Below, piece by piece: positions 9,414 to 20,000 of a DNA stretch of 20,000 nucleotides. The notes under the pieces are model-generated. The model made no database searches. It was not told where the DNA came from and saw nothing but the letters and a program-made list of their open reading frames with translations. Within the stretch, counting starts at the first letter, position 1, and every line of letters starts with the position of its first letter. Source of the DNA: Coniocarpon cinnabarinum (lineage: Eukaryota); contig JAVECO010000052.1 in assembly GCA_051942205.1 (NCBI GenBank), positions 106,642 to 126,641 on the forward strand, written 5' to 3'. The position numbers and the translations under genes are program-made.

Positions 9414-11650
9414 TGCGAGTAGCGGATCTCTGGAGACTAGGAAGTTTTACAAGCCAGCGGTACCTGGTCCGATAGAGAGTACCCAGCACCCGGCAGACGA
9501 GACGAAGGCGGGGCAAGAGCTCCCCAGGATCGCGGATATCTATGCCACCCAAATGAAGAAGTAACAAGGCTGGCGCTACGGTGATGAAGATTGATACTGC
9601 ATATCGTGAGCTTGGACGAAGGAGGAATCGAGGGTAAGTCGATGTTGAAACGAGCACGGAACGGCACAAGTGCTTTACGTGGCCGGACACCAAACGTGTT
9701 ACGTGTGTACGAGGCTGACGGTAGGCACGGTAGGGAAGGTCATGTACCTGGCGGCGCGCGGCATTTTCTCCAGATTTTGTGTAGACCTACAGAAGTGAGA
9801 ACACCTTGCAGCTCCACCACGTAAGCTGTTGGCCCGCCTTTCCGAAAGCGCGTCATAGACGCCGTTGCTGAGACCTTGACAGCACCCGTCAGTAGCAAAA
9901 GCTGCTGGAGCTTGCAAGCAACAAGCAAAGCGTGCATTGCGGACTTCAGGGCGCACGAGACGTTTCCGGCATCATAGGCACCAAGCTGCAGAGCCGACCA
10001 CCAGCTTGGATAAGGCATCGCCCTCTACGGACTGCACTCAGCACCAAGCGCAGCAGTGAAGTTCTGCAGGATTCGTGAAAGATGCTGATGGGGCGGAGCG
10101 GTGAAGAGACAGGACCACCTAGCATGCTGGTTGAAGGGAGGGCATTCGCGGACAGGTGTTGGCCGGGGCAACAGCATAACAGCGAGCACCAAGCATGGAC
10201 GCCTGAGCAGACGAGCAGACTGGCAGAAAGGAAATTCATTGCCCAAAGGAAGAGTCCTCTCGGTCCTCTCAGTCCTGGCTGCTCAGGGTAATAGCGCTAT
10301 CGCAGCTTTATCGATTGTCAGGACGGCGCAGCGCTAGCGAGTCAATATCTGCCCGGCTCCGCTGCTCCCCTGAACGCGAGTGGCCTGCTCTGCAGCTGCA
10401 AATGCTGTTTCGCAGAAGGGTGCATAGATAGCTTCAAGGTACTTGGGATGGCAGTATAGGTCGCAGCCACAGAGAAGCAGACGATTGCTTTGGTTCCAAG
10501 AAGCAATTGTCGGAAATCCTGACCGTTTCACATACGTAGGAGTGGATCAGAGTAATTTTAGCTACTGGCCAGGGACTTGGCTTCGCCACAGACGCTTGTT
10601 CTTCGGCGGCCGCGTCTTCCGTCGATCCTTGACGAAATCACTCATTCTCTGCTGGGACACGCAGTCGGCTCGGTGGCGACGAAGCAGAGACGCGGGCACT
10701 CCTGTCGCTGCACACCTGGGGAGCCGCAAGCACTGGCACCCTGCGTGGATCGAAGGGCCTCTCCACAGCTGCTCAAACGCAGCGCGTGCAAGTTGTGACC
10801 AAGTGTTCAGATTCCAAGCACGGGCGGGACAGGGGCTCTGCTGGTGCAAGATGTGCAAAATGTGCCATCCCAAGCGCTGCCCCGGGGGCGGCGTGTCCCA
10901 GCCCCCATCGAGATCAGGGTCGCCGACCAACAAGGCGAAGGTCAGGTTCACGCACCTCCGGGACACGCCCCATGCCCGCGATAGGCAGGCAGCGATACGC
11001 AACTTTTGCGTCTGCGTGGGAAGAGTCCCCCCTGAATTGAGCGGAGCTGCAGTCTTTCATCGTCCACCTCGCGCGCTCGTCCATTTCCTCTCCATCTCTC
11101 CCACTGCCTCCTCCCTCGTTCTCATTCTCGCCACACCCGCACCTCTTTCGTTCGTTTGCACTTGGTGAGGGCAGGGAACGGCTGTGTGCTGGAAATCGAC
11201 TCTCAAACTCGCCTTTGCCGCAAGCGCCTGGTTCTCTTGCGCCTTGTCGCCAGCACGGCAACCGCGACTCTCAGTCTGTCGTTTCCCTCAACCACCATCA
11301 CTCTTTTCACTCGCCAGGCTTAATTTGCCTGGACTGCCAATCTAATAAACCCACCTTTTCGCTCTACTGCTCTCGTTGAGCATCTACGCACCTAATCCAG
11401 CCTTCAGACGTCACCGTCAAGGTGGTGTTTGGGGCCGCCTTGCTCCGCACCCCGACTAGTGCAAATTCTAACCCTTAATCAACAACCCTCACCTCAATCA
11501 TCTTGATTGACATTCTTCCATCATTCAACCCATCGAATGCCGGTCTACTATTGATGGAAACTTGAGTGTAAGTATCTCTGCGTTCCTCACGAGGTAAATA
11601 GAATTCATCGTGTTTACACGTTTGTTTCTAGATCGTCTTTTTGCTCAACA
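9414..11650. promoter_or_regulatory. Divergent intergenic/promoter region shared by the GH72 gene and FKS1, including their 5'UTRs
   Basis: Lies between head-to-head ATGs at 9413 (-) and 11651 (+). No credible CDS. A pyrimidine-rich tract at about 11080-11160 is typical of fungal core promoters. Confidence 0.75.
11568..11631 (+). other. Probable 5'UTR intron of FKS1 (64 nt)
   Basis: Perfect donor GTAAGT at 11568 and T-rich acceptor tttgtttcTAG ending at 11631, 19 nt before the ATG. Size is similar to the other introns here. The branch point is only weak (TTTAC). Confidence 0.55.
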
Positions 11651-14600
11651 ATGTCCGGGTATCCTCAAGGCCACTACGACGATGGCTACGGCCACGGCGG
11701 CGGCAGTGGATACTATCAAGATGACCATGCTCAATACTATGACCACGGTCATGATGCCGACGGCTACTATGACCAGTCTGGCTACTACGAAAATGACCAT
11801 TCGAATGGCTATGATGGATACTACGATGGTCAAGGTCAAGGATATCATGATGACTACTACAATGATCAATACTACGATCAGGGTGGTGCTGGCGGTCAGG
11901 GGGGCGGCTACGGCTCCCGTCGCCGCCACCACTCTGACGAGGACTCAGAGACATTCAGCGACTTCACGATGAGATCTGACATGGCTCGCGCTGCCGAGAT
12001 GGACTACTACGTAAGTTTCTCGCATTCACCACCCCCGTACTGCATGTTCTTACACTTTGTGACAGGGCCGAGGAGACGAGCGATATGATTCGTATGCTGG
12101 CAATGGCCGGGGCTACCGACCCCCATCTTCTCAGGTTTCCTATGGCGGCAACCGCTCGTCGGGAGCTTCAACTCCAGTATATGGCATGGACTACACAAAT
12201 GCTTTGCCAGCTGGGCAAAGATCTCGGGAGCCGTACCCAGCTTGGACCTCGGACGCCCAGATTCCTATCTCCAAAGAAGAAATCGAAGAAATCTTCCTTG
12301 ATCTCACGGCGAAGTTCGGCTTTCAACGCGATAGCATGCGTAACATGTTTGATCATCTCATGACTTTGCTTGACTCACGAGCTTCTCGGATGACACCGAA
12401 CCAAGCGCTGCTCTCACTTCACGCTGACTACATTGGGGGTGAAAACGCCAACTACCGACGTTGGTATTTCGCTGCCCATCTCGATCTCGATGACGCCGTG
12501 GGATTTGCCAACATGAAGCTCGGAAAAGGTGATCGTCGCACTAGGAAGGCTCGCAAAGCTGCCAAAAAGAAGGCTCAGCAGAATCCTCAAAATGAGCAAG
12601 AGACCCTACAGTCTCTCGAAGGTGACGAGAGTCTTGAAGCTGCGGAATACCGCTGGAAGTCTCGCATGAATCGCATGTCGCAACATGACCGCATTCGTCA
12701 AATTGCTCTCTACTTGCTCTGCTGGGGAGAAGCCAACCAAGTCCGATTCTGTCCAGAGACACTCTGTTTCATCTACAAGTGCGCAGAAGATTTCTACCAC
12801 TCGCCGGCCTGTCAGAACCGGGTTGAGCCGATCGAAGAGTTCACATATCTCAACAAGGTCATCACGCCCCTTTACAATTACATCCGTGACCAGGGCTATG
12901 AAATCTACGAAGGCAAATATGTTCGTCGCGAGAAAGATCATAAGAACATCGTTGGATACGACGATGTCAACCAGCTCTTCTGGTACCCAGAAGGTATTGA
13001 GCGGATCGTTTTCGAGGACAAAACTCGCCTCGTGGATCTCGCACCTGCCGAGCGATACGAGAAGCTTGACCAAGTCGTGTGGAAGAAGGTGTTCTTCAAG
13101 ACCTACAGAGAATCTCGAACATGGTTCCACTGTCTGGTGAACTTCAACCGTATTTGGATTATCCACGTCACGATGTGTTGGTTCTACACGTCGTACAACT
13201 CCACACCTCTTTACACCAGCCACTACACGCAAGAAGGCAACGAGTCTCCGCCAAATCCCAACGTCTGGGCCATGGTCTCGATTGGCGGTCTGATTGCATC
13301 CTTGATCCAACTCTTCGCTACCTTTGCCGAATGGTCCTATGTCCCTCGTCGCTGGGCAGGGGCCCAGCACTTGACCAAGCGCATGTTCATCATCTTGGGC
13401 TTCGTCGTTGCCAACCTTGTCTCACCAATCGTCATCTTCGGCATTGGTACCAAGGTGATTCCAGAGAAAATCTTGCTTACCATTGGCATTATCTTCTTCC
13501 TGGTGGCCATTGCAACATTCTTGTTCTTCGCTATCATGCCTCTCGGTGGTCTTTTTGGAAGCTACATGTCCAAGAAATCACGACAATATGTTGCCAGCCA
13601 GACCTTCACTGCAAGTTATCCTCGTCTGAGAGGCAACGACATGTGGACGTCATACGGTCTATGGGTACTCGTCTTCGGTGCCAAATTTATCGAGTCCTAC
13701 TGGGCCCTGACGTTGTCCATTCGTGACCCTATCCGCATCGTTGCCACCATGAAGCAGCAGATTGCTCCATGCATGGGAGACAAGATCATCGGATCCATCC
13801 TTTGCAAGAACCAGCCTTACGTCCTTCTGGCCATGATGTTGATCACGGACTTAATTCTGTTCTTCTTGGACAGCTTCTTGTGGTACATCATCTGGAACAT
13901 GATTTTCTCCGTGGCTCGCTCCTTCTATCTGGGTATTTCTATCTGGTCGCCGTGGCGCAACATCTTCTCGCGGTTGCCAAAGCGTATCTACTCTAAGGTC
14001 CTGGCTACGACCGATATGGAGATCAAATACAAGCCCAAGGTTCTCATTTCCCAAATTTGGAATGCCGTGGTCATCTCCATGTATCGAGAGCACCTGCTCG
14101 CGATCGACCACGTCCAGAAGCTTCTTTACCACCAAGTCCCCTCTGAGCAGGAAGGCAAGCGCACTTTGCGGGCTCCCACGTTCTTCGTCTCTCAGGAAGA
14201 TCATTCATTCAAGACTGAATTCTTCCCGCCGAGGAGCGAAGCTGAGCGCCGCTTCTCATTCTTTGCGCAGTCGCTCTCCACGCCAATGCCCGAGCCTCTG
14301 CCAGTTGACAACATGCCCACGTTCTCCGTGTTCATTCCCCACTACAGCGAGAAGATCTTGCTCACTCTTCGCGAGATTATTCGTGAGGACGAGCCTTACT
14401 CTCGTGTCACCATGTTGGAATACCTCAAGCAGCTTCACCCGCACGAGTGGGACTGCTTCGTCAAGGACACCAAGATTCTGGCTGACGAGACATCTCAATT
14501 TCAAGGTGATGAAAAGGGCGAAAAGGACACTGTTAAGAGCAAGATTGATGATCTTCCGTTCTACTGCATTGGTTTCAAGTCGGCAGCTCCAGAGTACACG

Positions 14601-17562
14601 CTTCGAACACGCATCTGGGCCTCGTTGCGGTCCCAAACGCTCTATCGTACGATCTCTGGCTTCATGAACTACAGCCGCGCCATCAAATTGCTTTACCGTG
14701 TGGAGAATCCTGAAGTGGTGCAGATGTTTGGAGGCAACTCTGACAAGCTCGAGCGCGAACTGGAGCGTATGGCTCGCCGCAAGTTCAAGATCATCGTCTC
14801 TATGCAACGCTACGCCAAGTTCACTGCCGAAGAGCGCGAGAACACGGAATTCCTTCTTCGCGCGTATCCCGATCTTCAGATTGCTTACTTGGACGAAGAG
14901 CCTCCTCTGAACGAGGGCGAAGACCCCCGTCTTTACTCTGCCTTGATTGATGGCCACTCTGAGCTCATGGAGAATGGCATGCGCCGACCCAAGTTCCGCA
15001 TCCAACTGTCTGGCAACCCTATCCTTGGTGACGGCAAGTCCGACAACCAGAACCACGCGATCGTCTTCTACCGAGGCGAGTACCTGCAACTCATCGATGC
15101 CAACCAGGACAACTACCTCGAAGAATGCTTGAAGATTCGCAGCGTTCTGGCAGAATTCGAAGAGATGACCACGGACAATGTTTCCCCATACACACCCGGC
15201 CTTCCAGCCAAGAAATCACACCCCGTCGCCATTCTGGGTGCCCGTGAATACATCTTCTCTGAGAACATCGGCATTCTGGGTGACATCGCAGCCGGCAAGG
15301 AACAAACTTTTGGTACTATGTTCTCTCGTACTCTGGCCACAATCGGCGGCAAGCTCCACTATGGTCACCCTGATTTCCTCAACGGTATCTACATGACGAC
15401 TCGTGGCGGTGTGTCCAAGGCCCAAAAAGGCTTGCACTTGAACGAAGATATCTACGCTGGTATGAATGCTCTCCTGCGAGGTGGTCGCATCAAGCACTGC
15501 GAGTACTTCCAGTGCGGCAAAGGTCGTGATCTTGGTTTCGGTTCTATCCTCAACTTTACCACGAAGATTGGCACTGGTATGGGCGAGCAGATTCTGTCCC
15601 GCGAGTACTACTACATGGGCACTCAGCTGCCCATTGACCGCTTCCTCTCGTTCTACTACGCTCACCCTGGATTCCATATTAATAACGTCTTCCTGATGTT
15701 GTCAGTCCAGCTGTTCATGTTCTCCCTGCTGCAACTCGGTGTCCTTAAACATGAGAACATCGTTTGCACCTACAACAAGAACACGCCTTTCACTGATCCT
15801 TTGGTCCCGACTTACTGCGCTGACCTCATCCCGATCTACCAATGGGTCGAGCGTTGCGTCGTTTCCATTTTCATCGTGTTCTTCATCGCGTTTGTTCCTA
15901 TGGTCGTTCAGGAGCTCACCGAGCGTGGCGCGTGGCGCGCGTTTACTCGTCTGGCCAAGCACTTCATGTCCGGAGCGCCTTTGTTCGAGGTGTTCGTCTC
16001 TCAGATCTATGCCAACTCTGTCTCCAACAACTTGTCAGTTGGTGGAGCTCGTTACATTGGCACTGGGCGTGGTTTTGCCACTGCGCGGATACCCTTTGGC
16101 GTACTGTACTCTCGGTTCGCCGGACCCTCAATCTATCTTGGCGCTCGGTTGATCCTCATGCTCCTCTTCGCAACGGTCACCGTATGGGGTGTGTGGTTGG
16201 TCTACTTCTGGGTGTCGTTGTTGGCGCTCATGGTCAGTCCATTCTTGTTCAACCCACATCAGTTCGCCTGGCAGGACTTCTTTATCGACTACCGCGACTA
16301 CCTTCGCTGGCTGTCTCGTGGCAATTCTCGATCGCACGCTTCGTCCTGGATTGGATTCTGCCGTCTTTCGCGGACTCGCATCACTGGTTACAAGCGCAAG
16401 ATTCTCGGCGAACCATCTGCCAAGGCCATTGCCGATGCTCCTCGGGCCCACTTTGGTAACGTTTTCTGGGCTGAGGTTATCGCACCTCTTGTGCTCGTTG
16501 CCATCACCCTCATCCCTTACCTGTACATCAACTCCATGGTTGGCGTGGCTACTCGACCAGACGCCAACAGCAAGACCTGGACGCCCACTCAAAAGAACCG
16601 AAACATCAAGGTCATGGGCGACTCGAAGAACGACTGGACAGACAAGGTACCCAACGCGCTCGTCCGCATCGCCATCATTGGCTTCGCGCCCATCGGTATC
16701 AATGCTGGAATTGCAGGCATGTTCTTCGGTATGGCTTGCTGCATGGGTCCGCTCTTCAGTGTGTGCTGCAAGAAATTCGGAGCCGTGCTCGCGGCTGTTG
16801 CTCACGCGATTGCTGTCATTGTCCTGATTGTGTTCTTTGAGGTCCTCTTCTTCCTGGAAGGGTTCAGTTTCCCCAAGACCGCAATGGGAGTCATTGCTGC
16901 CATGTGTCTTCAGCGCTTCATTTACAAGCTGATCACATCGATGTTTCTCACCCGTGAGTTCAAGACTGACCACGCCAACATCGCCTGGTGGACTGGAAAG
17001 TGGTACAACATGGGCTGGCACTCCATGTCGCAGCCTGGCCGTGAGTTCCTGTGCAAGATTACTGAGCTCGGCATGTTTGCTTGCGACTTCTTGCTCGGTC
17101 ACTTGATCATGTTCTTCATGGTGATCCCACTGTTGATTCCTTACATCGACAAGTTCCACTCCATTATGTTGTTCTGGCTTCGACCGAGGTACGTAATAAA
17201 CAACTGTCTGCTACTTCTTACGAAGCTCTGCTAACTCATTCGACAGCCGTCAAATCCGTCCACCCATCTACTCCATGAAGCAGAGCAAGCTCCGCAAGCG
17301 CCGTGTCACACGCTACGCAACACTCTACTTCATCCTTCTCATCGTCTACGTTGTACTCATTGCTGTGCCCATCGTAGCGAAGAAATTCCTCAACCCCACC
17401 TTGCAAGGCATGAATGTGATGAACCTGATCCAGCCTGTCGGTCTTCACAACAACTTCACTACGAACCAACAGACGGGCACTCGGATTGCGCCACAGCTGA
17501 TCAAGGCAGGGCCATCGCCTACGCCGAGAACCAACTACAAGCTGTTGCTTCGCAACTTCTAG
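11651..17562 (+). CDS. FKS1: 1,3-beta-glucan synthase catalytic subunit (GT48); exons 11651-12010, 12066-17188, 17247-17562; 1932 aa
   Basis: N-terminus MSGYPQG...[17 protein letters not shown]. Intron 12011-12065 (GTAAGT..CAG) joins YY|GRGDERY. Hallmark motifs: [84 protein letters not shown]. Intron 17189-17246 (GTACGT..GCTAAC..CAG) restores [14 protein letters not shown]. Stop TAG at 17560-17562. Confidence 0.98.
11654..11915 (+). repeat. Low-complexity Tyr/Asp/Gly/His coding repeats (GYYD-like) in the FKS1 N-terminus
   Basis: Recurrent ctacga/ctatga units encoding HYDD, GYYQD, QYYD, GYYD, DYYND. Confidence 0.7.
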
Positions 17563-18132
17563 ACGCTGTGAATAGATGTATGAGGACGACGGTGCAGTTC
17601 TGTCACTCGTTTTCCTCCATGATGTGTAATGGAAGACCTGGATCCTGCGAAACAGGCCAGGAACGACAATTTGATCAAACAAAAGGAGTATACAATGGAG
17701 AGGTGGCGATCTCTTGAGGTTTCCAAGTGAAGGTGGGAACGCATACGGGGGCGTTTTTGTTCACTCCTTTGTACTATGTAGAGATGGAGTGTTCACTTCT
17801 AACGGGATTCACACAAATACTCCTTTTGTCGGGTACATAATTAGAGCAGCAATCGAAATCTGCAATTTGAATGTAAAATGGACTATACCACGATCGCACT
17901 GCTCTTCGATAGTTTCTGATGCTCTTGATAAAGTCATCGACAGATATGCTCTCAGGGGTCGATGTTGGTTGGTCGAGTGGTGTGTGAAGTGGTTGTGCCA
18001 TACGGAAGACCCTGAAAACCTCGTACCTGAAACTGGCAAGACGCCTAATTTCCCGCGCGCCATTCACTCCTCTTCCACATATCCAACTTCACCAAGAAAT
18101 GTCAGCACGATAACCAATCTTCCGACGTCACC

Positions 18133-20000
18133 ATGCTTTCGGAATCCATGGACTGGCACGAGATCCCCGTCCTCGTCCAGAACAGCCTCCAAGACCTCGC
18201 CTGGCAAGCCCAGAAGATCCCGGGTTCCGCCATTGCGGTCCGCTACGTCAAGTCCAGCTACCAGAATGACCCCGTTCGCTCCGCTATTGAGCTCTTTCTT
18301 TTTCTCTTCGCGCTGCGATATCTGCTGGCGCCTTCGTATTCGGTTAAGAAGGATAAGGGTTACGTGAAGTTGTCTGAGGACGTGAGTGCGATTGCGCCCT
18401 GCGATGCGCTTGATGCGCGGCGTGTGAATGAGGGGAGAAAGAGGAAGCAATTGACGTTGTACAGGAGATTGACGACCTTGTGGATGATTGGACGCCGGAG
18501 CCGCTTGTTTCTGCGCCTACGGCGTTTGAGGAAGCGGAGTTGGAGAAACGACCTGTCATTGTTGGGTATGCCTTTCCCCTTCTCGCTACTTTCTCAACTC
18601 CTCTACGCAACGGCAACAGCGATAGCAACAGCAACTCAAGCAGATTGATAGATAGACAGACAGATAGATCGCTAACATGTACACGCAGACCAACATCCCC
18701 CAAGACCAAACTCGCAAACGGTCGCACCGTCACAAACCTCGCCTCCCAAAACTTCTACGCCTTCGCGGATCAACCCGCGCTCAAAGAAAAAGCGGTCGCC
18801 ACTTTAAGAGCATACGGGGTAGGACCGTGTTCGCCCCCCAACTTCTACGGCACCCAGGACGTCCACATGAAAGCCGAAGCCGACATCGCCGCCCACATCG
18901 GCGTCAGCGCCTGTATCTTATACGCCCAAGCCTTGACCGCGATCCAAAGCGTGATACCCAGTTTCGCGAAGAGAGGCGATATCATAGTGTGTGACAAGGC
19001 GGTGAGCTATTCAGTACGGAAGGGCGTCCAGATTTCGAGGAGTACGGTTCGGTGGTTTGAGCACAATGATTATGAAGACCTCGAACGGGTGTTGGCGCGG
19101 GTCACGAAGGAGCAGAGAGCCAAGCCGCTGACGAGACGATTTATTGTCACTGAGGGCGTGTTTGAGAATGTGGGGGACATGGCGGATCTGCCGAAACTCG
19201 TGAGTTCTCTCGTTCTCCCACTCAATGACAAGCACAATGACCACAATTCATCCCGATTTTGCCCTGCCGAGCACTCTCTTGCGCCTCGAGTCACTTTCCC
19301 TCCTATTCGTCAATAGCGGGAGACTGACGTTTCACAGATCGACCTCAAACTCCGCTACAAATTCCGCCTCATCCTCGAAGAATCCCACTCCTTCGGCGTG
19401 TTGGGACCCCACGGGCGCGGATTGACAGAACACCAAAACGTGGACCCCACCCTCGTCGACATGATCGTCGGTTCCCTGGCCGGTGCCCTCTGCGCAGGCG
19501 GCGGTTTCTGTGCGGGCGGCACCGACATCGTCGAGCACCAGCGCATCTCGTCAGCAGCATATACATTCTCAGCAGCGCTGCCGGCAATGAGCGCCACCAC
19601 CGCCAGTGAAACGATCGCTCTTCTCAGCGAGAAACCCAATCTAGTCAGGGAGTTGCGAGAAAACACAAGAGCATTGCGGACGCAATTAGAGAAGCAGGAA
19701 TTCGTGCGCATCACATCTCATCCCGACGTCCCGATGTGCGTATTAGTCATCAAAGTGGAAATCGTCGCAGCGCGGGGATGGAACACCGATGACGAGGAAA
19801 AAGCGCTGCAAGAGGTGGTGGACGAGTGTTTGAACCAGGGCGTGCTGCTCACGCGGGTGAAGAGCATGCCTCTGCCCATTGGGGTGGCGGGGAAGGATCT
19901 GGGATTCAAGTGTCGGGTTGCGTTTAAGGTTTGTGGGACTATTTGACTTTCGCGCAAGGAGGTGGAGAAGGCGGGGGGGACGATGAGGGGGGTTGTGGCG
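18133..20000 (+). CDS. LCB1: Serine palmitoyltransferase subunit 1 (Lcb1/LcbA); exons 18133-18381, 18465-18565, 18689-19199, 19338 onward; TGA at 19944-19946 but homologous frame continues to the window end
   Basis: Spliced product reads IPGSAIAVRYVKSSYQNDPVRSAIELFLFLFALRYLL...LSED|EIDDLVDDWTPEPLV...YGVGPCSPPNFYGTQDVH...FAKRGDIIVCD...LPKL|IDLKLRYKFRLILEESHSFGVLG...GSLAGALCAGGGF. It lacks the PLP lysine motif of Lcb2, as expected for Lcb1. Introns 18382-18464, 18566-18688 and 19200-19337 are all GT..AG with branch sites. Start is 18133 (CACCATG) or 18148. Confidence 0.92.
18607..18670 (+). repeat. Compound microsatellite in LCB1 intron 2: (GCAACA)-like x5 and (GATA/GACA) x7
   Basis: gcaacg gcaaca gcgata gcaaca gcaact (18607-18636) and gatt gata gata gaca gaca gata gatc (18643-18670). 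Confidence 0.8.

Noticed and set aside
9576..9602. 8-codon uORF (minus strand, MQYQSSSP) upstream of the GH72 gene
   Set aside because: The TSS is unknown and a single short uORF is common by chance.
10443..11261. 241-aa and overlapping ORFs in the divergent promoter
   Set aside because: Arg/Pro/Cys-rich with no domain or codon bias; expected by chance in GC-rich intergenic DNA.
9740..11320. About five PacC-like GCCARG sites
   Set aside because: The count is not clearly above chance for a 6-mer in about 2 kb of GC-rich sequence.
12606..17159. Long antisense ORFs inside FKS1 (254, 277, 343 aa etc.)
   Set aside because: They are mirror-frame artefacts of biased codon usage in a long conserved gene and have no recognisable motifs.
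11651..17562. FKS1 as a self-resistance paralog inside an antifungal biosynthetic cluster
   Set aside because: No NRPS, PKS, terpene cyclase or tailoring genes in the window; the neighbours are housekeeping genes.
17714..18367. 217-aa ORF between FKS1 and LCB1
   Set aside because: Non-ATG start, overlaps LCB1 exon 1 in another frame, and shows no family signal.

Overview
Gene-dense fungal (filamentous ascomycete, Pezizomycotina-like) genomic DNA with short GT-AG introns. Gene order: probable decayed NB-ARC/NLR-like relic (about 1-1064, +), flavin-reductase-like gene (+), Mediator subunit Med11 (-), acrB-like gene (-), GPI-anchored GH72/X8 beta-1,3-glucanosyltransferase (-), about 2.2 kb of divergent promoter, beta-1,3-glucan synthase FKS1 (+), and serine palmitoyltransferase subunit LCB1 (+, running to the window end). 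The most notable observations are: (1) the Phe that opens FKS1 echinocandin hot spot 1 is replaced by Ala; (2) LCB1 has an in-frame TGA where Gly is expected, with homologous-looking coding sequence continuing past it; (3) an NLR-like pseudogene not visible in the ORF track; (4) two stop-free 3n introns; (5) overlapping uORFs plus a likely 5'UTR intron in front of FKS1. No mobile element, RNA gene or CRISPR array is supportable. I see no clear evidence of an entirely new system. All family assignments come from motif recognition, not database searches.
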